DNA of 64,000 bases from Hemiscyllium ocellatum (taxonomy: Eukaryota): assembly GCF_020745735.1 (NCBI RefSeq), contig NC_083433.1:17061363-17125362 (forward strand). The letters are read 5' to 3'. Position 1 is the first letter of the stretch, and each line of letters begins with the position of its first letter. Of this stretch, positions 1 through 11,286 are shown piece after piece. The translations under genes and the position numbers were made by a program. The notes under the pieces were generated by a model. That model did not search any database and was not told the origin of the DNA. It saw only the letters and a program-made list of their open reading frames with translations.

Positions 1-1438
1 GCAATCCCTCAGCCGGAAATGTGAGGAGATGGTCTCTGTGAGTGCAGGACCTTGTCAGATAGGGAGCACGGTTGTTCCAACTCAGTTGGAGCTTCTTGCT
101 GCCAAACAGCTCACACCCTCCGCTTGGAGTCTCAGATCACATTTGGGACGCCCTAGTCTAACAAGTACCACCATTTATGTCACCTTTAGCTCCCAGTAAA
201 TCACAGTTTCATTCATGGAACAGGAACATTCTGAGATGTTTTGACTCTTTCTCTTTTAGTCCACCACAAGCCATGCCAAAGAGCAGAGCCATCTTGTTGG
301 TTTATCCTGTCAGGTAGACCAGGAATGCTAGATTTCCAGCCTAGTCTTTCCTGATCTTTGGGGTGGCTACCATTCACTGTGGTGCCCTGGCGCTGAAGTT
401 CCAGCTCCTTTGCACTAACCAGAAAAACACATTGGGTAACACCTATGTTTGAAGAAAGGCACCTCTCAGAGTGTAGCATCCCCTCAGTACTGCATGGGAG
501 CGTCAGCCTTGATCTTTGCAACATGGATGGGTAATAATGCTGACTAGCCAGCAATGCTGACATCACATAAATGAATAATTAAAAATGAACACCTACGCTT
601 GGACATCAAGTATGGATGAAATTGGGCAGAGTTGCTACCCCTGTTCCCTCTGTGTGTTCTTCACATTCATTGTTAATGTTAATTCACGAAGAATGACAGT
701 GAGTGAGATGGGATGAAGACTTTGCCTGAATAATTAATGTCCCTGCCCCGCATCCTCCCTCCCCTTGTTAAAACTCCAGTTTTTAAACCAGGAAGTGTAA
801 AGTTCAGAAAACAACTCACAACCTTCTCACTTATTCTGAAGATTGCACCTTCTTCTGATCGATACCTGACAAAACATTGATTCCATGATTAACTTCACCC
901 CTCCCCACTTCTTGTCACTTACTTATAGCAAATTGGCATTGGTTGTCCATCCCTAATTGCCCTTGAACTGAGAGCAGTTAAGAGTCAACCACAACAATGC
1001 CTGCTTAGTGTTCTGGGGTCATGGGTTCATCTCCCAACTTGGCAGCTGGTGGAATGTAAATGTAGCAGATGAATACATCTGGAATATAAAGCTCATCTTT
1101 GTAGCAGTGGCCATGAAACTGTACTCAGTAATAATGAAAATAGCATTTAGTTCACTACTATCATTTCGGGAAAGAGACCTGTCCCCTGAAACAGGTTAGC
1201 AAGCCATTATGTTCAAGGGTAATTGGGAGTGCGCAGTAAATGCTGGCCTAGCCAGTGAGACTACCATCCCATGAAAAAATAAATAAAAAGATTATCCATC
1301 GCAGCCTCCATCCCCAGTGTAGCCACTCTATTGTTACACAGCTCAGAATTAATTCTTGCTATATAAAGTTATCTCTGGCCTCACTGAGTTCTGGGTTCAA
1401 GTCTGATTGCAGAACCTGGATGCAAAGATCAGAGTTCA
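1..1438. repeat. 3' tail of a further, upstream tandem unit (homologous to the RPS19BP1 3' flank)
   Basis: 1-1438 aligns with 26864-28618 and 60811-62096; for example GCAATCCCTCAGC(C/A)GGAAAT begins all three. Confidence 0.85.
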
Positions 1439-1671
1439 TGCATTTATCTCCCTGATCCCCTTAACAGCCTCATTACATCTTGATAGAATGCTCAGAGATA
1501 TTTTTCTCTTATAGATGCTATCCGAATGAAACTGTAGTGATAGGAGCATACAATGGGTGAGGCATCCTCCATCTGGCTCCATGATGTTTCTTTAGCATCA
1601 GGGAATGCTGAAATGGGGAAATCTCATTTCATCTGGGCTCATGTACACAATGTTATAGCAACCTAAAGGTA

Positions 1672-1882
1672 TTATTGCCATAGTCCTATCAGACCACAGG
1701 GCTGCCCTCTCATTAGAGAGACAGAGACAACTGGTGGTGTTTTAATCTGAGGGTCACCATACCTCAGGTAAGGAGAATGGTTGTAAAGGAGAGCCCTTCA
1801 TAATATCTTCAGCCGATGCAGAAATTGAAGCCACACTGTTAGCGTTGTTCTGCATTGCAAACCAGCCACCCACTCCAACCAA
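1672..1882 (-). mobile_element. tRNA-derived SINE, non-HE1 family (related copies ~3430-3600, ~7805-8020, ~28852-29060, ~30375-30545)
   Basis: Recurring block TTTAACCTGAGGGTCACCA...GGAATTGAAC; B-box-like GTTCAATT on the - strand. Confidence 0.55.
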
Positions 1883-2108
1883 CTTAGATTAGATTAGATT
1901 AGATTAGATTAGATTACTTACAGTGTGGAAACAGGCCCTTCGGCCCAACAAGTCCACACCGACCCACCGAAGCGCAACCCAACCATACCCCTACATTTAA
2001 CCGTTACCTAACACTACGGGCAATTTAGCGTGGCCAATTCACCTGACCCACACATATTTGGACTGGGGGAGGAAACCGGAACACCCGGAGGAAACCCACG
2101 CAGACACG
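1883..2108 (-). mobile_element. HE1/V-SINE, 5'-truncated, specific to unit 1
   Basis: (TCTAA)n tail on the - strand and V-domain GGGTTTCCTCCGGGTG...CCACGCTAAATTG; absent at the homologous site ~29061. Confidence 0.85.
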
Positions 2109-2280
2109 TGGGTTCTTAGTAATTTCTTAGTAACAGTATATTTGACAGAACAGTCCTTGTTCCCATAGTTGCAAACTAATGTTACATTTAATATTCAGTC
2201 TGGGTATTCAGGAACCCAGTGTGAAAACTGAATGTTGTCTTTATCTAATGTGAAACAATTTGGGACTGCACTCCAGATCT

Positions 2281-2613
2281 TAGAATCCCTACAGTGTGGA
2301 AGCAGGCCATTTGGTCCATTGAGTCTACACCAACTGTCTGAAGAGCATCCCACCTAGACCCACGCTAATCCCTGTAACCCCATATTTCCCTTGGCTAATC
2401 CATGTAGCCTGCACCTCCCTGGACACTTTGGGCAATTTAGCATGGCCAATCCACCTAACCTGTACATCTTTGGACTGTGGGAGGAAACTGGAAGACCTGG
2501 AAGAAACCCACACAGACATGGGGAGAACGTGCAAACTTGGCACAAACAGTCCCTGAAGGCTGGAATTGAGCCTAGGTCCCTGGCACTGTAAGGCAGCAGT
2601 GCTAACCACTGAG
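2281..2613 (-). mobile_element. HE1/V-SINE
   Basis: tRNA-like head CTCAGTGGTTAGCACTGCTGCC, V-domain and CR1-type tail CCACACTGTAGGGATTCTA on the - strand. Confidence 0.85.
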
Positions 2614-4338
2614 AAGCATGCAGCCCAATGGGTTCGAAACAGGTGATTTCACTTCAGCACAGTTCAGGAGCCGTGCCGGACCGCCCTGGAGTAAGATCAC
2701 CTGATTCAGTACACTGGTATTTGGGTCATCTGTTCCAACAAGTTCAATATTAATTAGCAAAGAACCAAAACAAACTCCAGGATCTGTTTTGGACCATATC
2801 AATATTGAGTCATAGTGACAGCAGGTCACATAAGGGGGAAAAAGGCTTACTCTTCACTAGCAGCAACTCTCCTGAGACATTTCACATTGAGGTTGTATGT
2901 TTACAAGAACAGTGATGTGCAATGTAATATGGAACAATGGTTAATGCACATTGATGGTGTATGTGAGTTCAGCAATAATGGGATAGAATGAAACAGCATA
3001 TTCTGTGGCTGGTATATGCTGTTAAACAAAGTTAACATTCCAAAAAAATTGCATGTTAAAGTGTTTAATATAGCAGACACAATACTACTACTAGATTTCA
3101 TTAAGAGGTAAATTATCATCAGGTCTCTATTCTCTACGTGCATCTGGTTGCATTGTTTAGTATATTTCTTTTCTCTTGTTTTACTCATTTTTAGTCACTG
3201 TTGTGGGAAATTGATATATCGTTCAATCTGCTCGAGCAATTCACCCTCACCCTGTCATTCTCACGTTGCTCACCTCTATTGTGAAGATCGATAGCTCCTG
3301 ACTGTGGGAGATTGATAGCTTGCTAGTTCTCCCCAAAGACTTCCCAGTCTGTCGGAACTATGTGTTTTTCTAAGCTTTTCAAATATCTGAAGTTGGTATT
3401 GTTTATATTTATAAAGGTTAAAATTAAAATCACTGTCGTCCTGCTGTCTCATTATAGAGAGATAATTGGTAGTGGTTTAACTTAAGGGTCACCACACCGC
3501 AGAAAAGGGGAATGATAGGGAAGAAGTGCCCTAATAATAAACTCAGCTGGTGCAGGAATTGAACTGTGTTGTTGGTATCACAAACCAGTCTTCCACCTAA
3601 TTACTTATATACATATAAGCCATAATACGTAATTGTAGGTGTTCTCACCCAATCCTATGGTCCTGCAAGGATTGAGCACACTGGAAATGGGATCCTTAGT
3701 GGGATCAGTGAAGGAACTTTGAGGAAGTTACCAGGGTTCAGAATAGTTGCAGCCTGTTCTTGGATTGGGAAGAACTACAATGAATCCCAGTGATGTTAAA
3801 CGTAGATAGGGTCTCAGGAAAGTGTAGGGAAGTCCTGAGATGGCCAGGAGAGGCACATTTAGCAAATTAAAGTCTGTTAGGACTGGGGGAAATTGCTGAA
3901 ATTTGACAGTAGGTGAGTACATAGTCCAGGAGTGAAGGAATATGTGGAAATGGCACTAATTCCTTTTAGACTCTTGGGTCTTAACTCCCATTGCTACCTC
4001 TGTTGTCAACTGGTATCCATCTTTATGAACTGCCTTCAAATAATTTATTGAGTTTAAAAGCAAGTTGCAGCATTGTTAGTTTGTCGTCTTAAACAAGTCA
4101 GACTTTTTTTAGTTGACTCCATTAAATACCAGACTGGAAAGATTGCAAAACTTGCTTAAAACTGATACTCTGGGATAGGGTCTGTGCGAGATTCTGAGGG
4201 AGACTGAAACAATAGGGCGTCTGACTGATAGCTTAGAGGCTTCTTTGCAACTGAGTATAGGTTGGAAATAACCTACATCCTCCATCGGGGCACCAGTTTC
4301 AGAGGGGACTCAAACCAAGAGAGGGAGACCCGACAGAG

Positions 4339-5038
4339 TGTAACAGTACTGTGCCTTTAAGAGAGATGTGTTCTGTGCTGTTTCTCTTGTAGAGAGATAT
4401 TGTCACAATAGTTCAGAGATGTCTGTTTCACACAGGCGTTTGGTAAACAGCTTTGAGTAATCCCTGGTTGGTTATTTTAAATTAGACAAAAGAAGCATGA
4501 GTGGGTTGGGTCAGGGCTGACGCAGACCCAGGAAGGTTTTTAGTGTTGCTTTCAGCTCGTGATAGATTCCTGGTGCTGCTAAAATAACACCTTGAGTTCT
4601 CTGCTGCTCGAGTCTTAGAAGGTTTCCTTATAAAAAGAGGCAGAGTGTTTCTTTCAGTCTTCATTCTGAGGGACTGATGAGAGGCAGTATGTGAAAATCT
4701 TAACTGTTTGCTAAATTACTTTACCAAGGGTGTGTTTATAGAATACTGTCTATTTGGAACAGTTGATCATGAACGGTTATGTGATATATTATCTTGTTAA
4801 GTATTTCAATAGAGTTAAACTTATAACAATTCTTATGTTTTGAGTAGTAATTGTATTGTAAGAATGAAGTGTGTTTTGATTAAAGTCTGGTGGAGTAATC
4901 TGTGTCTAGGCTACTCGGCTAGTGGACATCTCGAACATAGGATCGTAAGCTTGCCTTGAAATAAATACGAAAGATAGAGGCTAGGCTTTCTCCTTCCTAT
5001 ATTTTGAGGGGGCTGGGGTGTCTGTCTGGTCCATAATA
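4339..5038 (+). mobile_element. Solo LTR (Gypsy-like)
   Basis: TGTAACA...CCATAATA termini with a 4-bp AGAG target-site duplication; copy at 31272-31962. Confidence 0.6.
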
Positions 5039-5195
5039 AGAGATGGCAGCATAAATATCTGGTGTAGGATTGAAGACCAGCACTGGCCATTGGAAGGACA
5101 GAAGTTGACCCCATTGTGATGATTGTGGCGAAGTTGGTGGAGGAAGATGTTTAGTGGGTGAAAGCAGTATTGACCACAAAGATGGAATTTTTGTT

Positions 5196-5937
5196 TGTTA
5201 TGGACCAGATCCCTTCAAAATATTTCAGGTAAGTAGCCTAGACTCTAACCTTTTCTTACATGAAGGGTAAATGTGAAGTGCTCTGTTCCAGATGCAATGT
5301 GGCTGGTCAAACTATTTGATGTTAAGCAAAAAGAGTCGATAAAGTGTGGGGCTAGAAAAAGCAGAGCAGGTCAGGCAGCATCTGAAGATCAAGAGAGTCG
5401 ACATTTCAGGCACAACCCTTCATCAGGACCATTAAGCAAAAACACAATTTATTTAAAAACTACAGTTAAAATACAAACAAAAGAAAGAAGAACTTAGAAT
5501 AACAACTCTGTTGAAAAACTTAACTGAATAATAGATACTATTACTAATTAACTGTTTCAATATAGTAACATCCCATAAACACATTCCTTGGCAAAGAGGC
5601 AAATTCAGACACAGATTCTTGCAGTTATCCAATCCAGAAGGAAAAAAAATCAAGATAAAATCCAGAAAGAGTAGCAGCACTGGAGTGTATGAAACCATGA
5701 CGATGAAATAGAAGTTGAGACCCTAAAAGCTTCTGAAGCTACTGAAAAACCAAATCCCAGAAATCCTCATTTTGCGGAGCTGGCCCCATCCATTCAGCTT
5801 GCATTTTAAAAGAACTCACGATCTCCCAAGCTGTTTCCTGAAGTGGTGTTAACTAGACAGCTCTGAACCTCTCATTCAATCTCTCTCTTAAAAGAAATCA
5901 GGACAAAATAACCTCTTAAAGCCACAGCATTGTCACA
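5196..5937 (-). mobile_element. Solo LTR related to 4339-5038, inverted, with a Penelope fragment inserted at ~5333-5430
   Basis: The - strand begins TGTGACAATGCTGTGGCTTTAAGAG and ends GTCCATAACA; flanks TGTT/TGCT; copy at 32121-32853. Confidence 0.55.
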
Positions 5938-8601
5938 TGCTTAACTTACAAAATCCTCTCCAGGGATAACAGCTCAAGTCTCATTGAGAAGGCACTCCTG
6001 ATTCACACTGCAGTTGTAAGCAAAGTTTGCTTTCTTGGCAGGTTTGGCCTGTCAGGCTCTGGAGATGTGAAGGACATCCTTAACATTATGGTAATCAGGT
6101 ACCCATTTCCTGACCCTCTAGTGGGCTCAGTGCTGGTGTGGGTGTTGTGGATAGGATCCTGGTTCTCTTTGGGATTGCGATCTGTTTGAATTTTGAAGGA
6201 AGAAAATAACCAAGTCTTTAGAGACAATCAGGAATTAGAACAATTTTTGTTGTCTCTGGAAATCAACATTGCAGCTACATGGAAGACAAAAAGATTTAAT
6301 ATCCCACAATTCCTTGTCTTTATCACTGATTCTAACTCCACCCTCTGACACCATCAACTGTATGGCTCTTAAGATTACAGCTCACCAACTTTCATTTTTC
6401 TGTATCTTATTCCCATCGAGTACAGTTTTAGTGCTAGTGTCAATCTGTATCCCTCCTGCGAGTTTGGGTTGATGTCTTGCCAGGCCAGTAGAACTCAAAA
6501 TTCTGAAAGAGCAAAGTGAAAAACAGAAATAGCTCCATTCTGACCAGTTTTGTTTTATCCTGGGCATGCTCTCAGACCTAGAAGATTCAACGTTGACAAT
6601 TAATTTGTCAAGATGAAAAACAAATCTAGTTTGAACCAAATTAGAGTGATTTAAGTGTCCAGGCTACATTGCAAATCATGTTGTCAGCAGATAATGAAAT
6701 GCTATGTAGTGTAACATTTTAGCATTATTCTGACCCCTTGGTTAAAAACTCAGAACCGTGTTCATTCCTGAGCTGAGTTTCTTGCCCATATTCTCTCCAT
6801 TGCTCAGCCATTTGCTCCCACCTTTGTAGATTCACCTGTCTCTAGCCTTGTCTCAGCTCTTTTGCAGCTGAAAAAATCATTCATGCCTTTGTTACCCCCC
6901 TTGACTATTTCAGTACTGTTATGGTCAGCTTCCAACACTAACAGATACTTGTATTGATGCAGCGTCATTAACAGGTTAAAGCACTTCATGAGCATTAACA
7001 GACAGAATTTGATGCTGATATAAATAAGATGATATTCAGACAACTGGCCAAAGGTGGTCCAATTCATAAGGATTAACTTAAAGAGTAACTTAAAGAAGAG
7101 GAGAATTGGAGAGATGGAGGTGTTTGTGAAAGCAATTTTAGAACTTGACCTCTTCCACCCTTTCAGGGCAGTAATGAGGAGAATTGTTTTCTTCCAGAGG
7201 GTTGTGTGACTTTGGATCTCTGCCTCTCTGTGAATATTTTTAAAATAGAGGTGGATAGATTCTTGTTAGGCAAAAGAATCAAGAGTTACCAGGAATAAGT
7301 TGGAATGTGGAATTCAAAGCACAGACAGATCAGCTATGATCTTATTGAATAGCAGATTAAGTTCGAGGGGCAGAATAGTCTACTTTTACTTTTATTTTTT
7401 ATGTTCATATGTAACTTCTGAGGCACCTGAATGGTGGGGTGAGGGAGGTTGGAACCTGTTAGAGATCAGGACTGGAGAAACAGAGGATGTAGGTTTTGAG
7501 GAGGCACAAAGTTGTGAAATATGGAAAAACAAGATTGAGAATTTTAATTAAAAATATGTATTTTACTGGTGTTATTACAACTAGAAATGCATATTAATAT
7601 ATGTTCATTATGGTCTTTCAACACTGCATATTGCAGAAAATATTTGAAGATCCTAACTCCAGCTATAATATTGATTTCTACAGGAATCGATGATTCACGT
7701 AAAGTTGTGATTTTCAGGAACAGAGCTATAATTTTAAATTGAGTAGTGAAGTCTTGGTTCAATTGTTTAGAAGCTTTAGATTAGATTCCACTGGATTAAG
7801 GTAAAGTTACCAGAGTCCAAGTGCATCTATGGCTTCTCTCGCATTTGGGAGAGAGAGGGGACAAGTGGCAGTTTAACCTGAGGGTCACCATGCCTCAGGT
7901 AAGGGAAGAGGCTGAGAATAAGAGTCCTACACGGTAACCACAGCCAGTGTGGAAATTGAACCCATGCTGTTGGCGTCACTGCATTATAAAGGAGCTGTCT
8001 AGCCAATTGAGCAATCCAACCCTCTGAAGTACTATGTGCAGTTTTGTTTTCCTTACCTCAGTAGGGATATTACTGCCATGGATGGGGTGCAATGAAGACG
8101 ACTCACCAGCCTTTTCCCAGGATGTAGCAGAAATGTATCTTCTAAACCATTGAAGCAAGACTTCACTACTCATTTTATGGTTCTGTTCCTGAAAAAACAG
8201 AACTGTAAGTGAATTATAGATGCCCATGGAAAAAAATGTTATAATGGGAATTACATTTCTTCAGAGATTTTCTGCCCAGAATTCCAGTGTACAATGTTGA
8301 AATACTGTAATGTCCATATATATTAATGTACATTCCTTGCTGTCTTTTTGGGAAAGGAACTGCTGTCCTTACCTGGTCTGGCCTGCATGTGACTCCAGAC
8401 CAGAATAATGTGGTTGAATTTTAACTGCCCTCTGGGCAATTAGGGTTGGCCAATAAATGCTGCTCTGGCCAATAATGTCAACACTGAATAAATGAATTTC
8501 ACAAACTCCCATCCTCTCTACTTCGTTTTCCCCCTTTAAGATATTCATGACCAGAATCGTATCTCCTAAAGTGATTCGGTATTTGGCTTTATAATTTTTA
8601 A

Positions 8602-8661
8602 GGAGGAAGCCCTGAAGAAGGGCTTATGCCCGAAACGTCGATTCTCCTGCTCCTCAGATGC
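8602..8661 (+). mobile_element. 60-bp Penelope-derived insertion carrying a minimal hammerhead motif
   Basis: CTGAAGA-A-GGGC-TTAT-GCCC-GAAAC-GTC; 10-bp TSD TAATTTTTAA; absent in unit 2 (~34370). Confidence 0.7.
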
Positions 8662-9019
8662 TAATTTTTAACCTAATTTTCTAATTTAACTAATTTTCAC
8701 TCAGGAGCAGATGTGACTTGAATTTGAGCTTTCCAGTCCAAGGCTAGGCACTGAGCCATAGTAATGTTTCTGTGAAGTAGCTTGGGACATCGTCTTACAT
8801 GAGTTAGATAAAGCTGTTGCTGTTTCATGTCCCCAGCATTTGCCGGAAACACTCTTTTTGCAGTATTGTATTTGAATTTTGTGCAAGAGTTGCATTAACT
8901 GATTCCATGCCTTTTGTGACCAGACCCATCAAAGCAATTTTTAAAAAAATAAAGTTGTTTGCAAGTGTGTAGCCACTACTTTACAGAGAGCAAGCAAATT
9001 ATAAAACTGCAGTTCCTGG

Positions 9020-9450
9020 CCAGGGTTTATTGTCGGTGGCCAGAGGTTTGTGTTTATGGGCAGGGTTTAGTGTCAGTGGGCAGGTTTTGGAGTCAGTGAG
9101 TTTCATGTCAGTGGGCTGGGTTTAGAGTTAGTAGGTTTAGTGACAGTATGCAGGGTTTAGAGTCAGTGGATTTTATGACAGTATGCAGGGTTTAGTGACA
9201 GTATGCAGGGTTTAGAGTCAGTGGATTTTATGACAGTATGCAGGGTTTAGTGCCAGTAGATGTTGTGACAGTATGCAGGATTTAGTGTGAGTAGACTTAG
9301 TGACAGGAGGCAGGGTTGAGATTCAGTGGGTTTTGTGACAGTATACAGGGTTTAGAGTAGTGGGCTGGGTTTAGAGTCAGTGGGCTGGGTTTAGAGTCTG
9401 GATTTAGAGTCAGTGGGTTGGGTTTAAAGTCAGTGGGTTTAGTGTCAGTC
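9020..9450. repeat. Degenerate G/T-rich minisatellite just upstream of sulfurtransferase A
   Basis: Tandem GGGTTTAGAGTCAGT and GGGTTTAGTGACAGTATGCA units ending ~36 nt before the ATG. Confidence 0.9.
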
Positions 9451-9486
9451 TGCTGGAGGTAATTCCGCGCACTGGGGGGAAGGAGA

Positions 9487-10066
9487 ATGGCGTTAGTGCA
9501 GGCTGTGGTATCTCCTGCCTGGCTGGCCAAGGCAATCAGCAGCGCTAAGGCCGGGCCGTTGCGGGTCTTGGACTCCTCTTGGTATTTGCCAGAAATGCAG
9601 AGGGACAGCAGGAAGGAGTTCAAGGAGAAGCATATTCCCGGCGCTACCTTCTTCGACTTGGACGAATGCAGAGACCGCTCCTCTCCTTACGAGCACATGA
9701 TGCCCGGGCAGGAGCTTTTCTCCCGATACTTGGCCAACCTGGGCATCTGCAACGACACCCACGTCGTCATCTACGATGCCAGCGATTTCGGGCTGTACAC
9801 TGCCCCCCGGGTCTGGTGGATGTTCCGGGCTTTCGGTCACAGCCGGGTGTCGGTGCTGGATGGCGGCTTTATCAATTGGTGCAGGGAGGGTCTCCCGGTC
9901 ACTTCGGAACTGCAGGACTACCCCGTGGCTGAGTACAAGGCAAAAGCCAAAGCCCAGGTCAAAAGTTACCAGGAGATCCTGGACAACATCCAGAGCAAAC
10001 AGTTCCAGCTGGTGGATGCCAGGCCAGAGGGCAGTTTCAAAGGAACCGAGCCTGAACCCTTAGAAG
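9487..10066 (+). CDS. MPST: 3-mercaptopyruvate sulfurtransferase-like, copy A, coding exon 1 (N-terminal rhodanese domain and linker)
   Basis: Motifs LDSSWYLP, HIPGATFFDLD, SPYEHM, VVIYD, APRVWWMFRAFGH, VLDGG and GTEPEP; CpG-rich; phase-1 donor AG|GTTCCT. Confidence 0.93.
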
Positions 10067-10619
10067 GTTCCTGAGAGAGTTTTATTTTACTTGTTTTAAC
10101 CCCCAAAAGAGCTTATTTCAGTATCGCACCCAGATCCTTTGTTTAAATTTCTTCCAACATTTCTAAGGCGGTTGCCAACTCTGCTTCCAGTAGTGGGCTA
10201 GTATGTATTGCCAATCAGGATTGGCTGTGTATGGGGAGATTGAGACAGTGAAGAGGTGGATATTTCCCTGAACTGATGCATTCTGTAATATGTTGCATTT
10301 ATTGTAATTTTAAACTGCTTTTCGGGTTTGCCAAGTTAGCTGTGACTTTCATTGCACTGTTACAGTAAGTTAGGGTAGTGATAGATTTATGCTGTGTATT
10401 TCACAGTCAAAGTTACCCAACTTGTTCACTTCACTTTTGAAAGGCAGACAGTAAATTTAGTCTGGTTACACTGAGGCCCTACTATGACACGGTTGACCAA
10501 GACCACATTTCATTGTCAAGTTTATTACAAAAGTGCCAGTGCTGAATTACAGAAAAACTGATTTAAACAGGCCAAATTACCTGATTTAAACAATCAGATT
10601 TCATATCAATTCAATACAC

Positions 10620-11232
10620 ATATAGACCGGGTGGTTAAGAAGGTGTTTAGCATACTTGCCTTCATTGCTCAGACCTTTGAGGATATGAGTTGGGATTTTG
10701 TGTTGAGGTTGTACAAAGTATTGGTGAGGCCACCTCTGGAAGATGATGTCCAGTTCCGGTCTCGCTGTTATAGGAAGATATTATTAAGCTAGGGAGGCTT
10801 CAGAAGAGATTTACCAGGATATTGCCAGGAATGGAGGGTTTGAGTTATAAAACTAGGCTGGGACATTTTTCACTGGAGCATCGGAGGGTGAGGGTGTTAT
10901 AGTGGTTTATAAAATTATGAGTGGTATAGATAAGGTGAATGGCAGGTGTCTTTTCCGTAGGGTGGAGGCTGACAAGACTATGGGTCATATTTATAAGGTG
11001 AGAGGAGAAAGGTTTAAAAAAGACATGAGGGTCAACTTTTTCACAGAGTGGTTGGTGTGTGGAATGAACCTCCAGACGAAGTGATGGATGTGGGTACAGT
11101 TACTTTTAACAGACATTTAGATAAGAACATGAATAGGAAAGGTTTGGAGGGGTATGGACCAGGAGCAGGCAGGTGGGACAAGTTTAGTTTGGAATTATGG
11201 TCAGCATAGACTGGTTGTGCTGAAGGGTCTGT
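10620..11232 (+). mobile_element. CR1-type LINE 3' fragment (intronic; copy at ~38330-38942)
   Basis: Decayed RT C-terminus (VYKIMSGIDKVN, GERFKKDMRVNFFT) followed by the CR1 tail. Confidence 0.85.
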
Positions 11233-11286
11233 TTTGTCCAAGAATACCGATGATGTTTGTCCATCTCTGTGATACAAACATTTAAT

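Larger units (their letters stand above)
2664..8930 (-). pseudogene. Unidentified multi-exon pseudogene or spliced lncRNA, unit 1 (candidate exons: ?-8799, 8188-8057, 6867-6786, 6502-6386, 6181-5950, 2729-2664)
   Basis: Successive pyrimidine-tract/CAG acceptors and GTAAGA, GTAAGG, GCAAGA, GTGAGC and GTAAGT donors on the - strand; in-frame stops are mostly TGA. The 5' end is undefined. Confidence 0.5.

Noticed and set aside
3639-3912. Possible + strand exon (TTGTAG| ... AG|GTGAGT)
   Set aside because: Weak acceptor, no supported reading frame and no partner exons identified.
9020-9450. Telomeric repeat or CRISPR-like array
   Set aside because: Units are degenerate 13-20-mers, not TTAGGG tandems, and there are no unique spacers; the context is eukaryotic.
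9493-10063. Overlapping alternative-frame and antisense ORFs in exon 1, conserved in both copies
   Set aside because: Expected by-products of a GC-rich exon; their conservation reflects duplicate identity only.
9487-10074. 195-aa ORF (and the 219-aa ORF at 35242-35901) as complete or prematurely stopped proteins
   Set aside because: They are exon 1 read into the intron; splicing to exon 2 restores a full 293-aa frame.
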